DNA of 64,000 nucleotides from Octopus sinensis. Lineage: Eukaryota. Position numbers and translations under genes: made by a program. The first letter of the stretch is position 1. Every line of letters begins with the position of its first letter. Shown here piece by piece: positions 50,376 through 64,000 of this stretch. The stretch covers positions 105,710,001 through 105,774,000 of the forward strand of contig NC_043006.1 in the NCBI RefSeq assembly GCF_006345805.1, written 5' to 3'. Under the pieces are notes generated by a model. That model ran no database searches, was not told the DNA's origin, and was given only the letters and a program-made list of their open reading frames with translations.

Positions 50376-51429
50376 GAAGAATATATATAGTGAAAGAGAG
50401 ATAGTAAGCGAGAGAGAGATAGAGAGAGAGAGAGGGAGAGAGAGAGCGGGATGGAGGAGGGAGAAAGACGGAGGGAGGGAGAGAGAGAGAAGTTGTTACA
50501 GAGGTATATTGACGCTACAGACAAACTATATTACTCACGAGTATAATTGAAAGACTTAAATGTAAAGATAGATCGGTCAGAAGTAGGAGAGAATATAATA
50601 TTCGCTGCAGAGATAACGAAACAGAACGCTAATCGAGCCGCCATTTTATAAAATGGGCATTCCGGTAATATTTAATAATTATCATGAGATGAATAGAATA
50701 ATAAGTGATATTTGCTACTCCCCAAGGAGCAATTCTTAAGGCCGGTGTTACATTGTTATATAAAGAGAGAATTAATTAGTTTTTGTTATTGTTGTTCCTG
50801 TTGTTGGTGTTCATTAGTCACGGGTCAACGCTTATCATACACACGTATGATAAAATGTTTCCAAGCGTGATAATCTCTTTACTTCTACTTAAGTCTATTT
50901 ACAACTACATTATCCAAAGATATGTTCTGCCAATTTTATGACTGTAAGGTGTGACTTCAGAAAGATATGACTGCTATTTTTTGCAATTCTATCGACCACG
51001 TAGAGGCCACTTCAGTGGCTCCATGATATAACTTAGTGTTAGGACATTCATAACTCTATCCAATCTTTATACTAAAAGTGTTTGACAACCGGTGTTGGCT
51101 TATTTACACTTTTGTAAAATTATGAGCTCTATAGAATAAGCAACAGATTTAAAATAATTACTGGTGTTGACTTGATAAATCAAACTCTGTGTTTCTGGGG
51201 CTGACTTGATCAATTAAAGTGTGTCTCAAGAGTTGGCGAGGGAAGGCAGGATATTAGCAGATTAAACTGTAAATAAGCCGGAAGAAGGCAAAGGGAGAAA
51301 ACACTGATTTAAATAATGAATCTGCAGACTTTGGCCTAGAGATCCCTGATCGCTGAGGTCTGCACGAATGGCACATGAAGAGAAGACACACAGACAGCCA
51401 TGCTGCAGAAAGTAACAATAATATGATCT

Positions 51430-51603
51430 GCAAATGTTAGTTTCAAATATTTGGTACAAAGCCAGCAATTTCGGAGGTGGGTTAAGTTGATTACATTAAC
51501 CCTAGTGCTCAACTGGTATGTCTTTTATCGACCCCGAAAGGATGACAAACTGTATGGGTGGAGTTTGAACTCAAAACGTAAAGAAGGACGAAATGCTGCA
51601 AAG
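51430..51603 (-). mobile_element. SINE family A fragment running into the gap
   Basis: TTTTATCGACCCCGAAAGGATGA...TTTGAACTCA. Confidence 0.65.
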
Positions 51604-51703
51604 NNNNNNNNNNNNNNNNNNNNNNNNNNNNNNNNNNNNNNNNNNNNNNNNNNNNNNNNNNNNNNNNNNNNNNNNNNNNNNNNNNNNNNNNNNNNNNNNN
51701 NNN
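51604..51703. other. assembly gap (100 N)
   Basis: Direct reading. Confidence 1.
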
Positions 51704-51981
51704 ACTTCTAGTTCCCTCGTTTTGAAATTTAGATGAATCTATGTCAACTCCAGAAAGTCGATCAAGCTTTTAAAAGTATTTTCTTCCCCAAATTGGTTGC
51801 ACCTCATTGAATTAAATCTAATTATTCATACTCTAGCTCTTTATTTGAGTTCTGTTTCTCCCATCCCATAACATTAGCGGATATGATTATATATACGTGC
51901 GTATGTATGTGTGTGTGTATGTATTTATATATAAGTAAGTATATGCGTCTACACCTACGTATGGATATATGTATATGTGAA

Positions 51982-52019
<38 letters not shown>

Positions 52020-52173
52020 GTGTGTGTGTGTGTGTGTGTGTGTCTGTGTAAGTATGTACATATATTATATATATTTATCTATATATATATATATAATATA
52101 TACATATATCTATATATATATATATAAATATATATATATATTATCTTATATATTATATTAATATATATATATA

Positions 52174-52218
<45 letters not shown>

Positions 52219-53059
52219 ATATATATATATTTATATATTATATATACATACATACATGTACATATGCGTAAGTATACATATTCATATATACATATGCATA
52301 TTTCACCCTACACACGATTTTCGTGTAAATTCCCTAATTCTAGAATCGACGCCCATCACAGCACAATACCTATATATTTCCTCTCCTCCGCCTCCGCCTT
52401 ACCATCATCACCACCACCATCACCATCTTCCAATAATAATAACAACAACAACAACAACAACAACAACAATAGCTGTTTTGTTTATTTCCTTAATTAATCT
52501 TCTGTCACTGTTTATCTCGAAATAGATGTTAGCGAAAATGTGAGAGAGCAGATTGCAGCTAAGTGTGAAAATTAGAATATGTTTAATAAAGCTTACACAA
52601 CACACACACACACATACTTATATACATGCAAACACATATATATATACACACGTATATATGTATATATATACACACATACACATATATTTTCATATACATA
52701 TATATAACGTATATATATATATGTATGTATGTTTATATATCTATATATATATATATATAATATATATATATAAGATATATGCATACATTTTCGTAGAATA
52801 TAGTATATCTACATCCCGTGAATAAATACATAGCATATATACATATTCATAAATATACACATACATATATCTATATATATATATGTAATGTATATATATA
52901 TATAATATATTATATATATATATTATATATATATATACATACACCTATAACTGTATCTATATCTATCTATCTACCTATATATATATATATATATAATATA
53001 TATAATATTATATAAATAAATCCAGAACTACTAAATTATTTGTCTAGATAGATAGATAG

Positions 53060-53097
<38 letters not shown>

Positions 53098-53745
53098 TAT
53101 AGATATTTAATGCTCGGTGAATAATTGGTTGGAGGCTGGGGCGAAGTCATGATTTTTAGGAGATGGGGGCCTTCCTGATAGTTGAACCGTCGTTAATACT
53201 TCTCCGTAATTTCTGAACTTTTTTCTTTTTCTTCCGTAGCCTTCTTACACATCAAGAATGTTGCAAGGTTCTAATCGAAAGTCGTAAATTTGTTTTGGGT
53301 TTGTTTTAAAAAGACAAAAGAAAAAGAAAGGCAACTAAAATTGAAGCAAGTTTTAATAAATAACAACAAATTGTAAACTCGTTCCATAATGTCATGCAAT
53401 AAAAATGAGAACCGAAAAAACGCACAGAAACATATATACATATATATATATACACACACACATGATGGAAAATATTAAAATATCAAGAAAAATATGACAA
53501 AAATTATTTCTTTCTTTTCTAATAATATTAATGATAAAAAAAAATATAATTTTGTTTTGTTTTATTTCTTTGTGGTTTCTATTAAGTCTGGCTTGAAATG
53601 GACAAATAATCATCGATTCTTAATTAATTCTCTAATCAAACTGCGGAAAATAATATTTTTCTCTCTTTCTCTCCCTCCTCTCGTTCTCTCTCCCTCTCTC
53701 TCTCTCTTTCTTTCTTTCTTTTCCTTCTATCTTCGCAATTTTCAT

Positions 53746-53936
53746 TTATAACCTTTTACTGAAACGGTCATCGCCATAGATTTTGTCTAGGGTGCACCAG
53801 TGTTGGAAGATGTATGGGCTGCGGGTGACAGTGAATGGGCGTGGGAAGTTGAATGGGGGAGGAACGTAGCAGGTGAAAGGTTGCTGGTGAAGGTTGGCTT
53901 GTTTCTCAGAAAAATGTCAAAAAAACGCGATCGTCT
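53746..53936 (-). CDS. candidate coding exon, product unknown
   Basis: GC-richer island; CTTTCAG acceptor; open frame SEKQANLHQQPFTCYVPPPFNFPRPFTVTRSPYIFQHWCTLDKIYGDDRFSKRL*; needs a 1-nt homopolymer correction to be open from the acceptor. Confidence 0.4.
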
Positions 53937-54204
53937 CTGAAAGTTTAGAACCGCGTAAACAATGGATGACATGGGTTTTCCATAAATTGAAAAAAACTAC
54001 CGACGTAATTATTTCCGTTTGGCATATTTTGTGTAACAGAGGCCAAAGTAACGAATGAGAAAAGCAACAATGATGACGACCACGACCACCACGACGACGG
54101 CAAGCAAAAGTAAAAACAGTAACAAAAAAATAAAGTAGTACACACACACACATATATATATATACAAAACATAAACATACTTGTTTGTATGTATGTATGT
54201 TTAT

Positions 54205-54298
<94 letters not shown>

Positions 54299-54636
54299 GT
54301 ATATATTATAATATATATATTATATATACATGCATATACACTTCATATACGTGTGTATGTATGTATATATATATATAGCCAACAATAGAAAAACAAAAGG
54401 AGCACCAGTGTTTTATTTCTTCGATTGTAATATTAATAATAATTAATAATTGATGATGATTATAATTGTAATACAATGGAGAAACCGCAATGATGATGAC
54501 GATGACGATGATGATGACGACGACGACGAGGGTGATGATGTTGATGATGATGATGGCAGCAAACATTATCGTCCTTATCAGTGAGGCGACGACGATTACA
54601 ACGACAATGACGGTGATAATGATGATGACGGTGGTT

Positions 54637-54667
<31 letters not shown>

Positions 54668-55126
54668 CAGTGGTTATGATGATGATGATGATGATGATGA
54701 TGATAGTGGTTATGATGATGATGACGACGATGATAAATAGATGAAGACAAAGTAGTAGTTAATAAGAAATCAGACGGCGAGCAGTGTGAAGCGTTTGGTT
54801 GGAGAGGGAGAGTGGATTCTGGTAAAGGGGGAGGAGGAGGAGAATAGTGGGAAGAAGAAGAAGAAGAAGAAGAAGAAGAAGAAGAAGAAGAAGAAGAGAA
54901 GAAGAAGAAGAAGAAGAGGTGTGGTGATGAGGCTAAAGAAACAAACAAACAAACGTTCCATAATGTTTAATTGAACAAAAAGAAATTGGTTTTAACGAAG
55001 GTAATGAATTGTCCACAGACGGTGAATATATTGGAAAATATGAGTAGAAAGAAAGGAAGAGAAGAAGGAAGGATGAAAGGTGGAAAGAAAGAGACTGACA
55101 ATGACAAAAAAAGAAGGAAGGAAGGA

Positions 55127-55206
<80 letters not shown>

Positions 55207-55760
55207 CAGACAGAAAGAAAGGAAGGAAGGAAGGAAGGAAGGAAGGAAGGAAGGAAGGAAGGAAGGAAGGAAAATGAAGTGACGAAAGAGAAAGAAAACG
55301 AAGATTATAAAGAAAAGAAGGAAGGAAATAGAAAAGACAGAATGAAGGAATAAAAATACAACGAAAGAAAGAAAGGAAGGAAGAAAGGAAGAGAAAAAGG
55401 AAGAGAAAGAAATATAAGAGGAAGTAGAAAAGAAAGAACACAAGAACATTCACCGCTTCATATTCTAGTTTTTTTTTTTTTTTTATTCATTTTTTTTTCA
55501 AACTCGGAGTAAAATTATAAATGCATGAAACTGAAAATATAAATTAACTCGATATGTAATTAACTTCACACCGAAGTGCACTAACTGTAGCCGTTTCTTG
55601 GTTTGCTATTGTTGCTGTTGTTGCAGTTGTTGTTGTTGTTGTTGTTTGTGGGTGACGGGATTCAGGCGGGGAGGGAGTGTCTCTGGTGATGAAAAATAAA
55701 CGAAAACAAGAAAATGAAAACTTGAGTTCACCGGAGTCACTTCGATATTGCGTTCACTGC

Positions 55761-55791
<31 letters not shown>

Positions 55792-56595
55792 TACTCATTC
55801 ATACGCACACTCATACGCACACACGCATGAATGCGCACGCACATTCATTCATACATACGCACACGCAGATACACAGACACGCACTCATGCACACACAATC
55901 ACTCATGCATACGTACGAATAGTTACACTCGTGCACGCACAAACACACACATACACACACATAGACAGCATTCATAAACATATACATAATTGTACGTAAA
56001 CTCACACACACACACACACAGCTTCATAAACTCACCCACTTACAAAACCTACATCTCCATACACACTGACTACACTGCCTACATACACACATGCAAACTA
56101 ACTACATACACACATACTCACATAGACATTCATATACAGAACTACACACACGTTCATATACACACTCATATATTTTTCTATATATATACACACACATACA
56201 TTTGTCTATAAACACACACACACATATGCATCATATCTGTTTTCAATAAATATACACACTTAAAGAATCACAAACTTTGCATCCATGCCCACAAATGTTA
56301 CGTTTTAATTTAGGGGGTGTTTTTTGGCAATTTGCGAACCGTGTCTTTCAGGTGTTTCTAAATGTAACTTCGTTACAAAATAGATCCCAGAACCTGATTT
56401 CGATTTTCAGGTAGATTTCATAATGATTTATTTATTCATTTCTTTGACCTAGTGGTCCTCAACTGGTGTCCACATGCTCCTTAAGTGTCCATACAAGAAT
56501 TTGTTAAAATTTATTTGAAATAAATTGCTTATACTTCTAAAATACACAAAATATTTTAACAATTTTTTATGCAATATCTAATATTTAATTTAATT

Positions 56596-57175
56596 AAAGC
56601 GGCGAGCTGGCAGAAACGTTAGCACGCCGGGCGAAATGCTTTGCGGTATTTCGTTTGCCGTTACGTTGTGAGTTCAAATTCCGCCAAGGTCGACTTTGCC
56701 TTTCATCCTTTCGGGGTCGATAAATTAAGTACCAGTTACGCTCTGGGGTCGATGTAATCGACTTAATACCTATGTCTGTCCTTGTTTGTCCCCTCTGTGG
56801 TTAACCCCTTGTGGGTAATAAAGAAATAAGTATTTCGTCTGCCGCAACGTTCTGAGTTCAAATTCCGACGAGGTCGTCTTTGCCTTTCATCCTTTCGGGG
56901 TCGATTAAATAAGTACCAGTTACGCACTGGGGTCGATATAATCGACTTAATCCGTTTGTCTGTCCTTGTTTGTCCCCTCTGTTTTTAAGCCCCTTGTGGG
57001 TAGTAAAGAAATAGGTATTTCGTCTGCCGCCTCGTTCTGAGTTCAAATTCCGACGAGGTCGTCTTTGCCTTTCATCCTTTCGTGGTCGATAAATTAAATA
57101 CCAGTTGCGTACCAGGGTCGATCTAATCGACTGGTTCTCTACCCAAAAATTTCGGGCCTTGTGCCTAGAGTAGAA
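56596..57175 (+). mobile_element. SINE family A with three tandem ~184-bp internal units
   Basis: GTATTTCG unit starts at 56646, 56830 and 57015. Confidence 0.9.
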
Positions 57176-57299
57176 ATGAATATCTAATATTTAATTATAA
57201 AAAATTTAATATGAATTTTTTAAACATCGGAGGGTCTATCCGAGGAAAATAGAGATCAAAGGAGTCTATAGGTTTAAAAAATGGTCACTAGGTAAAAAA

Positions 57300-58250
57300 A
57301 AAATTACTTTATCCCTTTGACTGTGTAATTAAGATTTATCTTCATTCCTGTAATGATGTTAACTATCCACCTGAAATTTGAATCGATATTTTCTGCTTCT
57401 GTAATACTTTTTCAGTATCTCCAACATGTCCAGTTTTCATATCCACCACCAAAAGTATCTGATTATTGCTCTCTAAAGGGGTATTAAGTGAAATAGGTGG
57501 GAAAAAACAGGAAAATCGGAGGAATTGTCTTTTATAAAAAGTATCACTGGAGCACGTCCCCGCTTTTCGCAGAATAAAGAGAGGTTGCTTCAAAGCCGTG
57601 GAGTAAAACTGTTTTCCGCACTTAATGATAATAAAAATTTGAGTGAACTTTCCGTGATTTCATCGCTGAAAAGATATTTTATTTTTCGTGCAGCTAGGAG
57701 CCTGTCAAAGTTACAGCAGACCAGTCCGCAGTGGTACGACGAAAATTTGGCAACACAAGAAAAATATAAGGATTTTCATTTAGACAGATTTTGTGTGATT
57801 TCTACGCAGATTTTGAATGATTTTGAACGGTTAAGCCTTTGTGGGTCTAAAGTATCTTCATAAGTTTGTCTTAAACGCCCACGGATCTTTACAGACTTTT
57901 AGTTAAGCATTGCTTCATACGTTTTTAGTAATATACAGCTTTCTTTTCATAAATTCCAAGTTACACCAGTGGCTGAAAATAATAGTAAATATATCATATA
58001 GGATACCTGAGCTCCAGGGAAAATTGTCCGTGTATCATATGTGTTGCACAGGACAGGTAAAGGGCCAAACTGCATCTTCTACGATGTAATAATTGCTTCG
58101 GTTTCAATAAATGGAATCAGATAAAGCCACTTGCTGGACAAATTCCTCTTCGGAATATGTCTCGAATGTCTTTCAGAAAAAAATAGACTCTGATTTCGTG
58201 CTCTCCTCGTTTCTTCAGCTCAAAACAGCTGACCTTATCTCCTATTATTA
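57300..58250 (-). mobile_element. pogo/Tigger-like DDE transposase remnant, highly decayed
   Basis: ILLVVDMKTGHV...ISGG*LTSLQ resembles the DDE_1 LLVLD...GH...IPGGLTS.LQP motif; upstream HWC..FMKRK. Confidence 0.5.
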
Positions 58251-58465
58251 TCTCTATTTAATAATAACCGACATAAATGTAGGTTGATCGGTTGATTTCT
58301 CCAGCAATATATTATATCGTACAGAGAGTAGAGAAGTGAGAATAAAAGAAAAGACTGAGGGAGTTAACATAAGGGGCACCGGGTGGTTTCACGCTGTTGG
58401 CTGGCTGGTGGGCAATGAGTGAAAAACACTGCTCATTTACATACATTTACATACATGCATACAAT

Positions 58466-58498
<33 letters not shown>

Positions 58499-58959
58499 AT
58501 ACAATACACACACACACACACATATACACACACAGTGAAACAAAGGAGAAACTGAGCGAGAGACAAAAGTAGAAGTAAAGAATTGAGTAGGGGTTTAATA
58601 CATATTGTAACGAATATTTTCCAGAGATACTTTCAAGTAACCTGTTCAGTTGTTCGGTATATAAATGTGTGCGTGTGTATGTGTTTGTATATGTGTGTGT
58701 TTGTGCCCATGTGTGTGTGTGTGTGTGTGTGTGTTTCAAAAACAGTAGCTAATTCCTCATCAGTCAACGTCCAAAAGATCCTTACAATTTCGCGCCCTTT
58801 ATCGTTGATACCGTTCACTTTTAGCTGTGCCAGTAGCGAAAAGCCAATGGGAATGGCTAACGAAAGTACAGGACAATGACAAAAACAAACGCGACAAAAT
58901 GAAATAAGCTACTTGGTATTTATAAGACTGGGGAGATTAGAGCTAAATTAATCCATCCA

Positions 58960-60950
58960 TACATTAAGGTGAAATGTGATTATTAATTAGGTTAACGGTT
59001 ACTCAAATTCATTCCTACTGCATTATGTAAAAGTGTATTTATATGCATGTAAGCATCTTGAGAGTCTTTCCGAAATTCTATAATGATCTTCTCATTGGTC
59101 CACAGAATAGACAGGGACTCCTCCGAACAGAGACAGCATCTCCTGGAAATTATATCATATGGTTTTGCATGCCAAGTTATGTTATACTTAATTTTATCTT
59201 CCTGAAGTCCCCACACAAAATCCACCAAAAATGTTGAATGTCTCTTTCTGATTTTCTTGAAGTTAGTGACGTGGTTGCGATAACGATTCTTGAATAAATT
59301 AATCCTTGCTCCAATGTATACATACGATCTTCCCCTTGTATGTACGGTATATTTATATACAAGATTTGTACTTATACATTTGTACTCATCAATGGGCATC
59401 TTGATTTTTTTCTGCATGAGTATTTTTTTCTATTTAGCCGCATATATGGCAGTTCTGCTATAATCTTCCCACACTCTTACCCTGTTAGCTATATCATTAT
59501 TATTATTGCTACTATCTCGATGTGGACGTATCGGGTGTTGTTCATTGTAGTTTACATCTCCTTTCTTGGTATTTTGCTGCTTGCTTGTTCCAGTAGGTGG
59601 GTTATTGAACTGTTGTTTCATTTTACTATTATTAATGCGGTGCATATGCTACTCTAAATTAGCGTTAGCATAAGATACCTTCACGGTGTGTCGATTAAAA
59701 ATATCATGGTATCCATTTGATTTAGGGAAACATTTGTCTAAAGCGGCAAAAATCTCCCTAGCGACCTTCGTTGAAACATGTGTACCAAAGGACATCTTGA
59801 TTCCTATATTTGTTGTTTGGTTTATTTTCATCTGATGAGTTTTACAGGGTTGGCACAATTTATTGTGGTATGAGCAGTAGAGTTACTGTGCTGTGTATGT
59901 CTATGAGTATTGATTTGTTGTTTATTGTCTTGGCCAATTCTTCCTGGCCTGTATTGTCGATGTGAATCGCTTCGCTTACAGTAATGTTGTGTTGGTGTGC
60001 AATTTGTATTATTATTGGAGGAATTGACAGAGTTATGTATACCTGTGTCTTATATGCATTGGATTTTCTCTCGGTATCCAACCCTAGCTAAAGTAAATAT
60101 TGTAATTTGGTGCATGTGATTCAAAGATTTCTCTTATAGCAGATAACCTAGATATTCTTATTGGAATATTCTTAACTAATACCCGTATAATTGAGAGTGG
60201 GTGGTTGGATGCTACATTTATATACTTAATATTACCATTCGATTTATGAGAGGGTTAAATAATCCAGTATCAAGACCGAAGGTAGCGTTATAGTAATGTT
60301 GGGTCCTAAATTCTTAAAGAGTCTAAAGAAATGTTTCCTATGCCTTTCTAGTTGTACTTTACTACATCTGTCGAGGAAGAATAGAGCATCATCTCTACAT
60401 AGACCTCCTGTGATTTCCGGAAAGAAAGACTGGATTAACGGAAGGACATATATTCGATCAAGTCTGTGACCTGTGCAGAGTCAGATGATCCCATCGCTAT
60501 ATCGAAAGCATTCTCTCTGTCTGCTCTATTCCATAATCTACCAACAAAATTTACTAAAGTAGCTCGCGCTGCAAGTATTATATCTATTTCGCGTCGGGAC
60601 ATATCAGAGTTTTCCATTCTGTAAATGAGGGCGTTATTGGGGCTGATCAGACTAATAGCGACGTAGTAACTCTCTATATCTAGTAACAAGAATTCACTGT
60701 TTTTGTTAATTTCTAGAAGCTTAAACCATCCAATTACCCCCTGATATCTTACCAGAGGGCTAATCTAATTTTAGACTTAAGAGCGGCCAGTACTTTATCA
60801 ATGATTTTCTTACTAATAATCCTTTATCTGAGTTAGATGCACAAATCACTCTAATTATAAAGTTAGGGTTATGGTCTTTAAGCATAATCTGGGATTTTCT
60901 AGGAAGATAAAGCTCCTTTCTATATATATTTCTCTATTTGACTTATTACA
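58960..60950 (-). mobile_element. decayed Penelope-like retroelement (RT + GIY-YIG)
   Basis: In order: MLKDHNPNF, ISKKIIDK..W.D...VIGWF, DIESYY, FDIAMGSSDSAQVTDLI, LCRDDAL, IFNRHTVKVSY, NLVYKYTV...YIG...FKNRYRNH...KPY...RRCCLC. Confidence 0.9.
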
Positions 60951-61064
60951 TTTCTGGACGTTAGCGTAACGCACGGACGAAGCAGACGGGAATGCAGGAA
61001 GGTGTAGAATGATATTATAGATGATGAAGGTGATGATGATGATGATGATCCTTTCTACTATAGT

Positions 61065-61232
61065 TACAAGGCCTGAAATTTTGGGGCAGGGGGCTTGTCT
61101 GTTACATCGATTCCAGTACTCAACTGATACTTATTTCATCGAGCCAGAAGGATGAAACGTAAAGTCGACCTCGGCGGAATTTGAACTCAGAACGTAAAGC
61201 CGGACGAAATACCAGTAAGCACTTCGCCCGGC
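61065..61232 (-). mobile_element. SINE family A
   Basis: AAAGTCGACCTCGGCGGAATTTGAACTCAGAACGTAAAG...GCACTTCGCCCGGCGT. Confidence 0.8.
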
Positions 61233-61239
61233 GTAAGAA

Positions 61240-61470
61240 GAATAAGAAGAAGGGGGGATGGGGAGGAGGTGGAGAATGGGTGGGGGAGAAGAAGGAGGGG
61301 AGGGGAGGGGAGGGGAGGGGAAGAAGGAGGGGGAGGGGGGAGGGGAGGGGAGTAGGAGGAGGAGAGGAGGGGGGAGGAGGAGGGAGGAGGAGGGGAAGGG
61401 GATAGGAGGAGGGGGGAGGAGGAGAAGAAGAAGAAGAAGAGGAAGAAGTAGAAGAAAAAGAAGAAGAAGA
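61240..61470. repeat. G-rich polypurine tract, (GGGGA)n then (GAA)n
   Basis: Direct reading. Confidence 0.9.
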
Positions 61471-64000
61471 AGAATGTATAAAAGATGGGATACAGTAAAT
61501 ATTCTGCTCAATACCACATATTTGCTTGTCAGCTGTTTGACCTTGGTAGTTGTTATCCCTTGGTAGCTGACGATATTCTCATTTCTGATCACGAGCAGAA
61601 GTAGTGGGGGAGCATCATAGCCATGTGTTGAGAGGAATTTTAGTGGGTTTGAATAATGCACCTCTGAAACATGGGTGTTTCGTTCATCGTCCTTAAACAA
61701 ATCTTATTCAGGGTCCTTTTGAATGGGATGTGCTACTCGACCTGAAGAAAATTCTAACTGGGCCCCACCTGCAAGGCAATTGGCTGTTTATCGTGCACAT
61801 ATGGTTGTGATGCATGTGCCTGGTGAAGGGAAATCCTTCACAGAAAGTTGGCTGTCCACTCGCCGTTCCACAATCTCCCACTTGTTAGAGGAACGCCTTT
61901 CAGCTGACGGCGAATCTAAATTTAAAAACAAAAAAAGGCGCAAATAAAAGGATTTTTCTACAAATTCCAGAGAGATTGATAGTTCGTAAAAACTACAGCT
62001 ACAGTTTACTAAAAGGCTAAAGAATATATTTCCAGAAAATGTAAGGGATTTCGACATCAAATCCTTACAGCTCTTTTTGGAGGACAGAAAAGAAAGCTCT
62101 AGATAAGAAATACAACTTAATCCACTTCATATTTACTGCAAAATAGCAAGATTTTAAAAGTGCATCCTTAAATGGATGTAGGGTCTTACAAAAACTCAAA
62201 TCAATATATATTCGGATGCGGTGACCAGCTGTGAGAATGGCTACGGGCATTTCGCCTGACTACAAAGTAAGAGTTCACTTCTTTCGCTTGGTCAGAGTCG
62301 TGTGGAGTGACTGTATTGTTTGAGGAAAGGCCATATCTCGAGCTAAAGACGAACTATAAGGATGCAGACTATAGATCGGTCCCTCGAGAGGAATAACAAA
62401 CAAAGGGACGCCCTAATGTTTTTGACACTGAATATGCCCCTATGAGAGTAAAACCGCTAAATTTATTTAGGTGCATTGAAACCTTTGGCGATGCATCTCA
62501 CTCATTAGAGCTTTGTGAGTAACAGGGGTTGTATTTTAAATACATGCAATAGTAGTGTTGTGGCCTGTAAAATCTGCTCAGACGTTTCCAACTGGCTGAA
62601 AGAAATTGACTGAATTTTCCTGCTGGACCTGTATTGTCTCGGGGAAATAATAGCTGGTCGTCCAGATGATAATTAAATAAAATCCTTTTAAGGACAGCGA
62701 AAAGCAACGGCTTAAGCTGTTAATATTTTAGCCTTTTTGGCTTTAGATCTCACTCCTTTGGCTTACGTACAGTAAACTCTAATAGGACACACAGACAGAG
62801 GAGTAATTACCGTTTACGGCATCGGCGAATGCTTTTAATATTCACACTTCACAAAGAGCCATTTATGCTACTCATAAATGTTGATTTAAAATCGTACGTG
62901 AAAACCTTGCATGTAAGTGAACAAAAACATCACGTGTTCTGCGCATGGTAACGAATGGATAAATGCTTGACGAATTTTGTAGCATCTTTTCGGCAACCAG
63001 TCTACTCTTGATGTAGTGTTGACTCACCATGTTTCTATATTCTGGTGAATATTAGTATTCATAAACTGTCCTGTTCCTTTCGACACTGCAGTTATTTGGA
63101 CAATTGTTGCTTAGCGAAGCTTCGCTCCCTCACATTGCAAATGTAAAACAGAAAAAAGAATTCAAGAACCTTCTGTTTCTAATCAAATCAATATATGCTC
63201 TCTACTTTATGTATTGAGTACTTTGCTCCCCGTCTATCACCACAAACGTTCACCAACCCATATTATAAATGTGTGTGTGTGCGATTGTGTGTGTGTGTGA
63301 TTGTGTGTTTGTATGTGTGTGTTAAATATCTCTGCTTTTGTTCAATTTGTTGGTGTTTTGATTCTAAATAATTTCTAAATATAATTTACTTGTCTTTCCG
63401 TCTTTATCGGTAATTATTTTTCTATGTTATTTATATATCTGTAAATGTTTGTTGCTGTTTTATTATATATTCCTCTTCCTTTTTTTTTTTTTTTTTTTAC
63501 TTCTTTATTTTTGACGTTAAGAAAGACTTCTGTTTTGATTGGTTGAAAATTGAATTACGTGGCAGGCAAGCATTGCCGTGATATTGCAATAATGGATGCT
63601 CTGTTGGCATATGAATTGATTTCATTAGTAAAGAGCAGTCGTCCGTTGTATTTAATTAGGGTATTGGTTTCGAAAGATGGAGAGCTATTTACGTGTTGAA
63701 ATAAGGAGTCTTTTATTGTTGATGAAGTATGTTATTATTTTTGTTGTTGCTGTTGTATTTATTGTTGATGTTGATGAAGGTGATAATGATGATGAATATT
63801 TTGTTTATGCAATTGTTCGTGTTGTTGCTATTGCTGTTGTTGTTGTTGTTGTTGTTTCTATGCTTTCTACAGGTAACAAAGGTGTTACAAGGTGTAACTT
63901 TCCATGCGTTCGTCCGTCAATCATAATGGAGGAAAAGCATGAACATCCATTGTATCCACATACATACATACATGCGCACATGCACACACGTACGCACAAA

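Noticed and set aside
56646-57175. CRISPR-like or regularly spaced repeats
   Set aside because: The units are whole SINE bodies with no unique spacers and no cas genes; eukaryotic context
58730-58770. Minus-strand CTGATGA...GAAAC
   Set aside because: No credible stem II, and GAAAC runs into a CA repeat with no UH or stem I
61255-61415. G-quadruplex/H-DNA potential as a functional element
   Set aside because: Sequence potential is real, but such purine tracts are common here (41.8, 54.9, 55.1 kb) and nothing indicates function
61560-61770. ADDILI and VLLDLKK as RT motifs
   Set aside because: They are in the wrong order for an RT and in different frames

Overview
AT-rich, microsatellite-saturated animal DNA. 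The SINE families and repeat landscape look like octopus (inferred from recognising the repeats; no search was run). There is no intact gene, tRNA, rRNA or CRISPR array, and nearly all ORF-track entries are translations of simple repeats. The window is a graveyard of mobile elements: about 30 tRNA-derived SINE copies from 4 families; decayed Tc1, two mariner, pogo-like and Helitron transposon remnants; R4/Dong-type LINE pieces (an RT fragment and four 3' ends); RTE-type LINE ends; a decayed Penelope-like element (RT + GIY-YIG); a probable solo LTR; a 20-bp minisatellite; and a 100-N gap. The most interesting signal is a set of self-cleaving-ribozyme-like motifs and fold-back elements, several of them (TA)n-flanked. 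These are two hammerhead motifs with intact catalytic cores in a ~165-bp inverted repeat (48.4-48.9 kb), further minimal hammerhead motifs (10.4 kb, and one in the tail of a tRNA-headed SINE at 0.9 kb), an HDV-like fold at an RTE 5' end (22.4-22.5 kb), and several long perfect palindromes. A few minus-strand exon-like islands (2.4 kb and 53-56 kb) may belong to an unidentified host gene. Repeat boundaries are read by eye and approximate unless stated otherwise.
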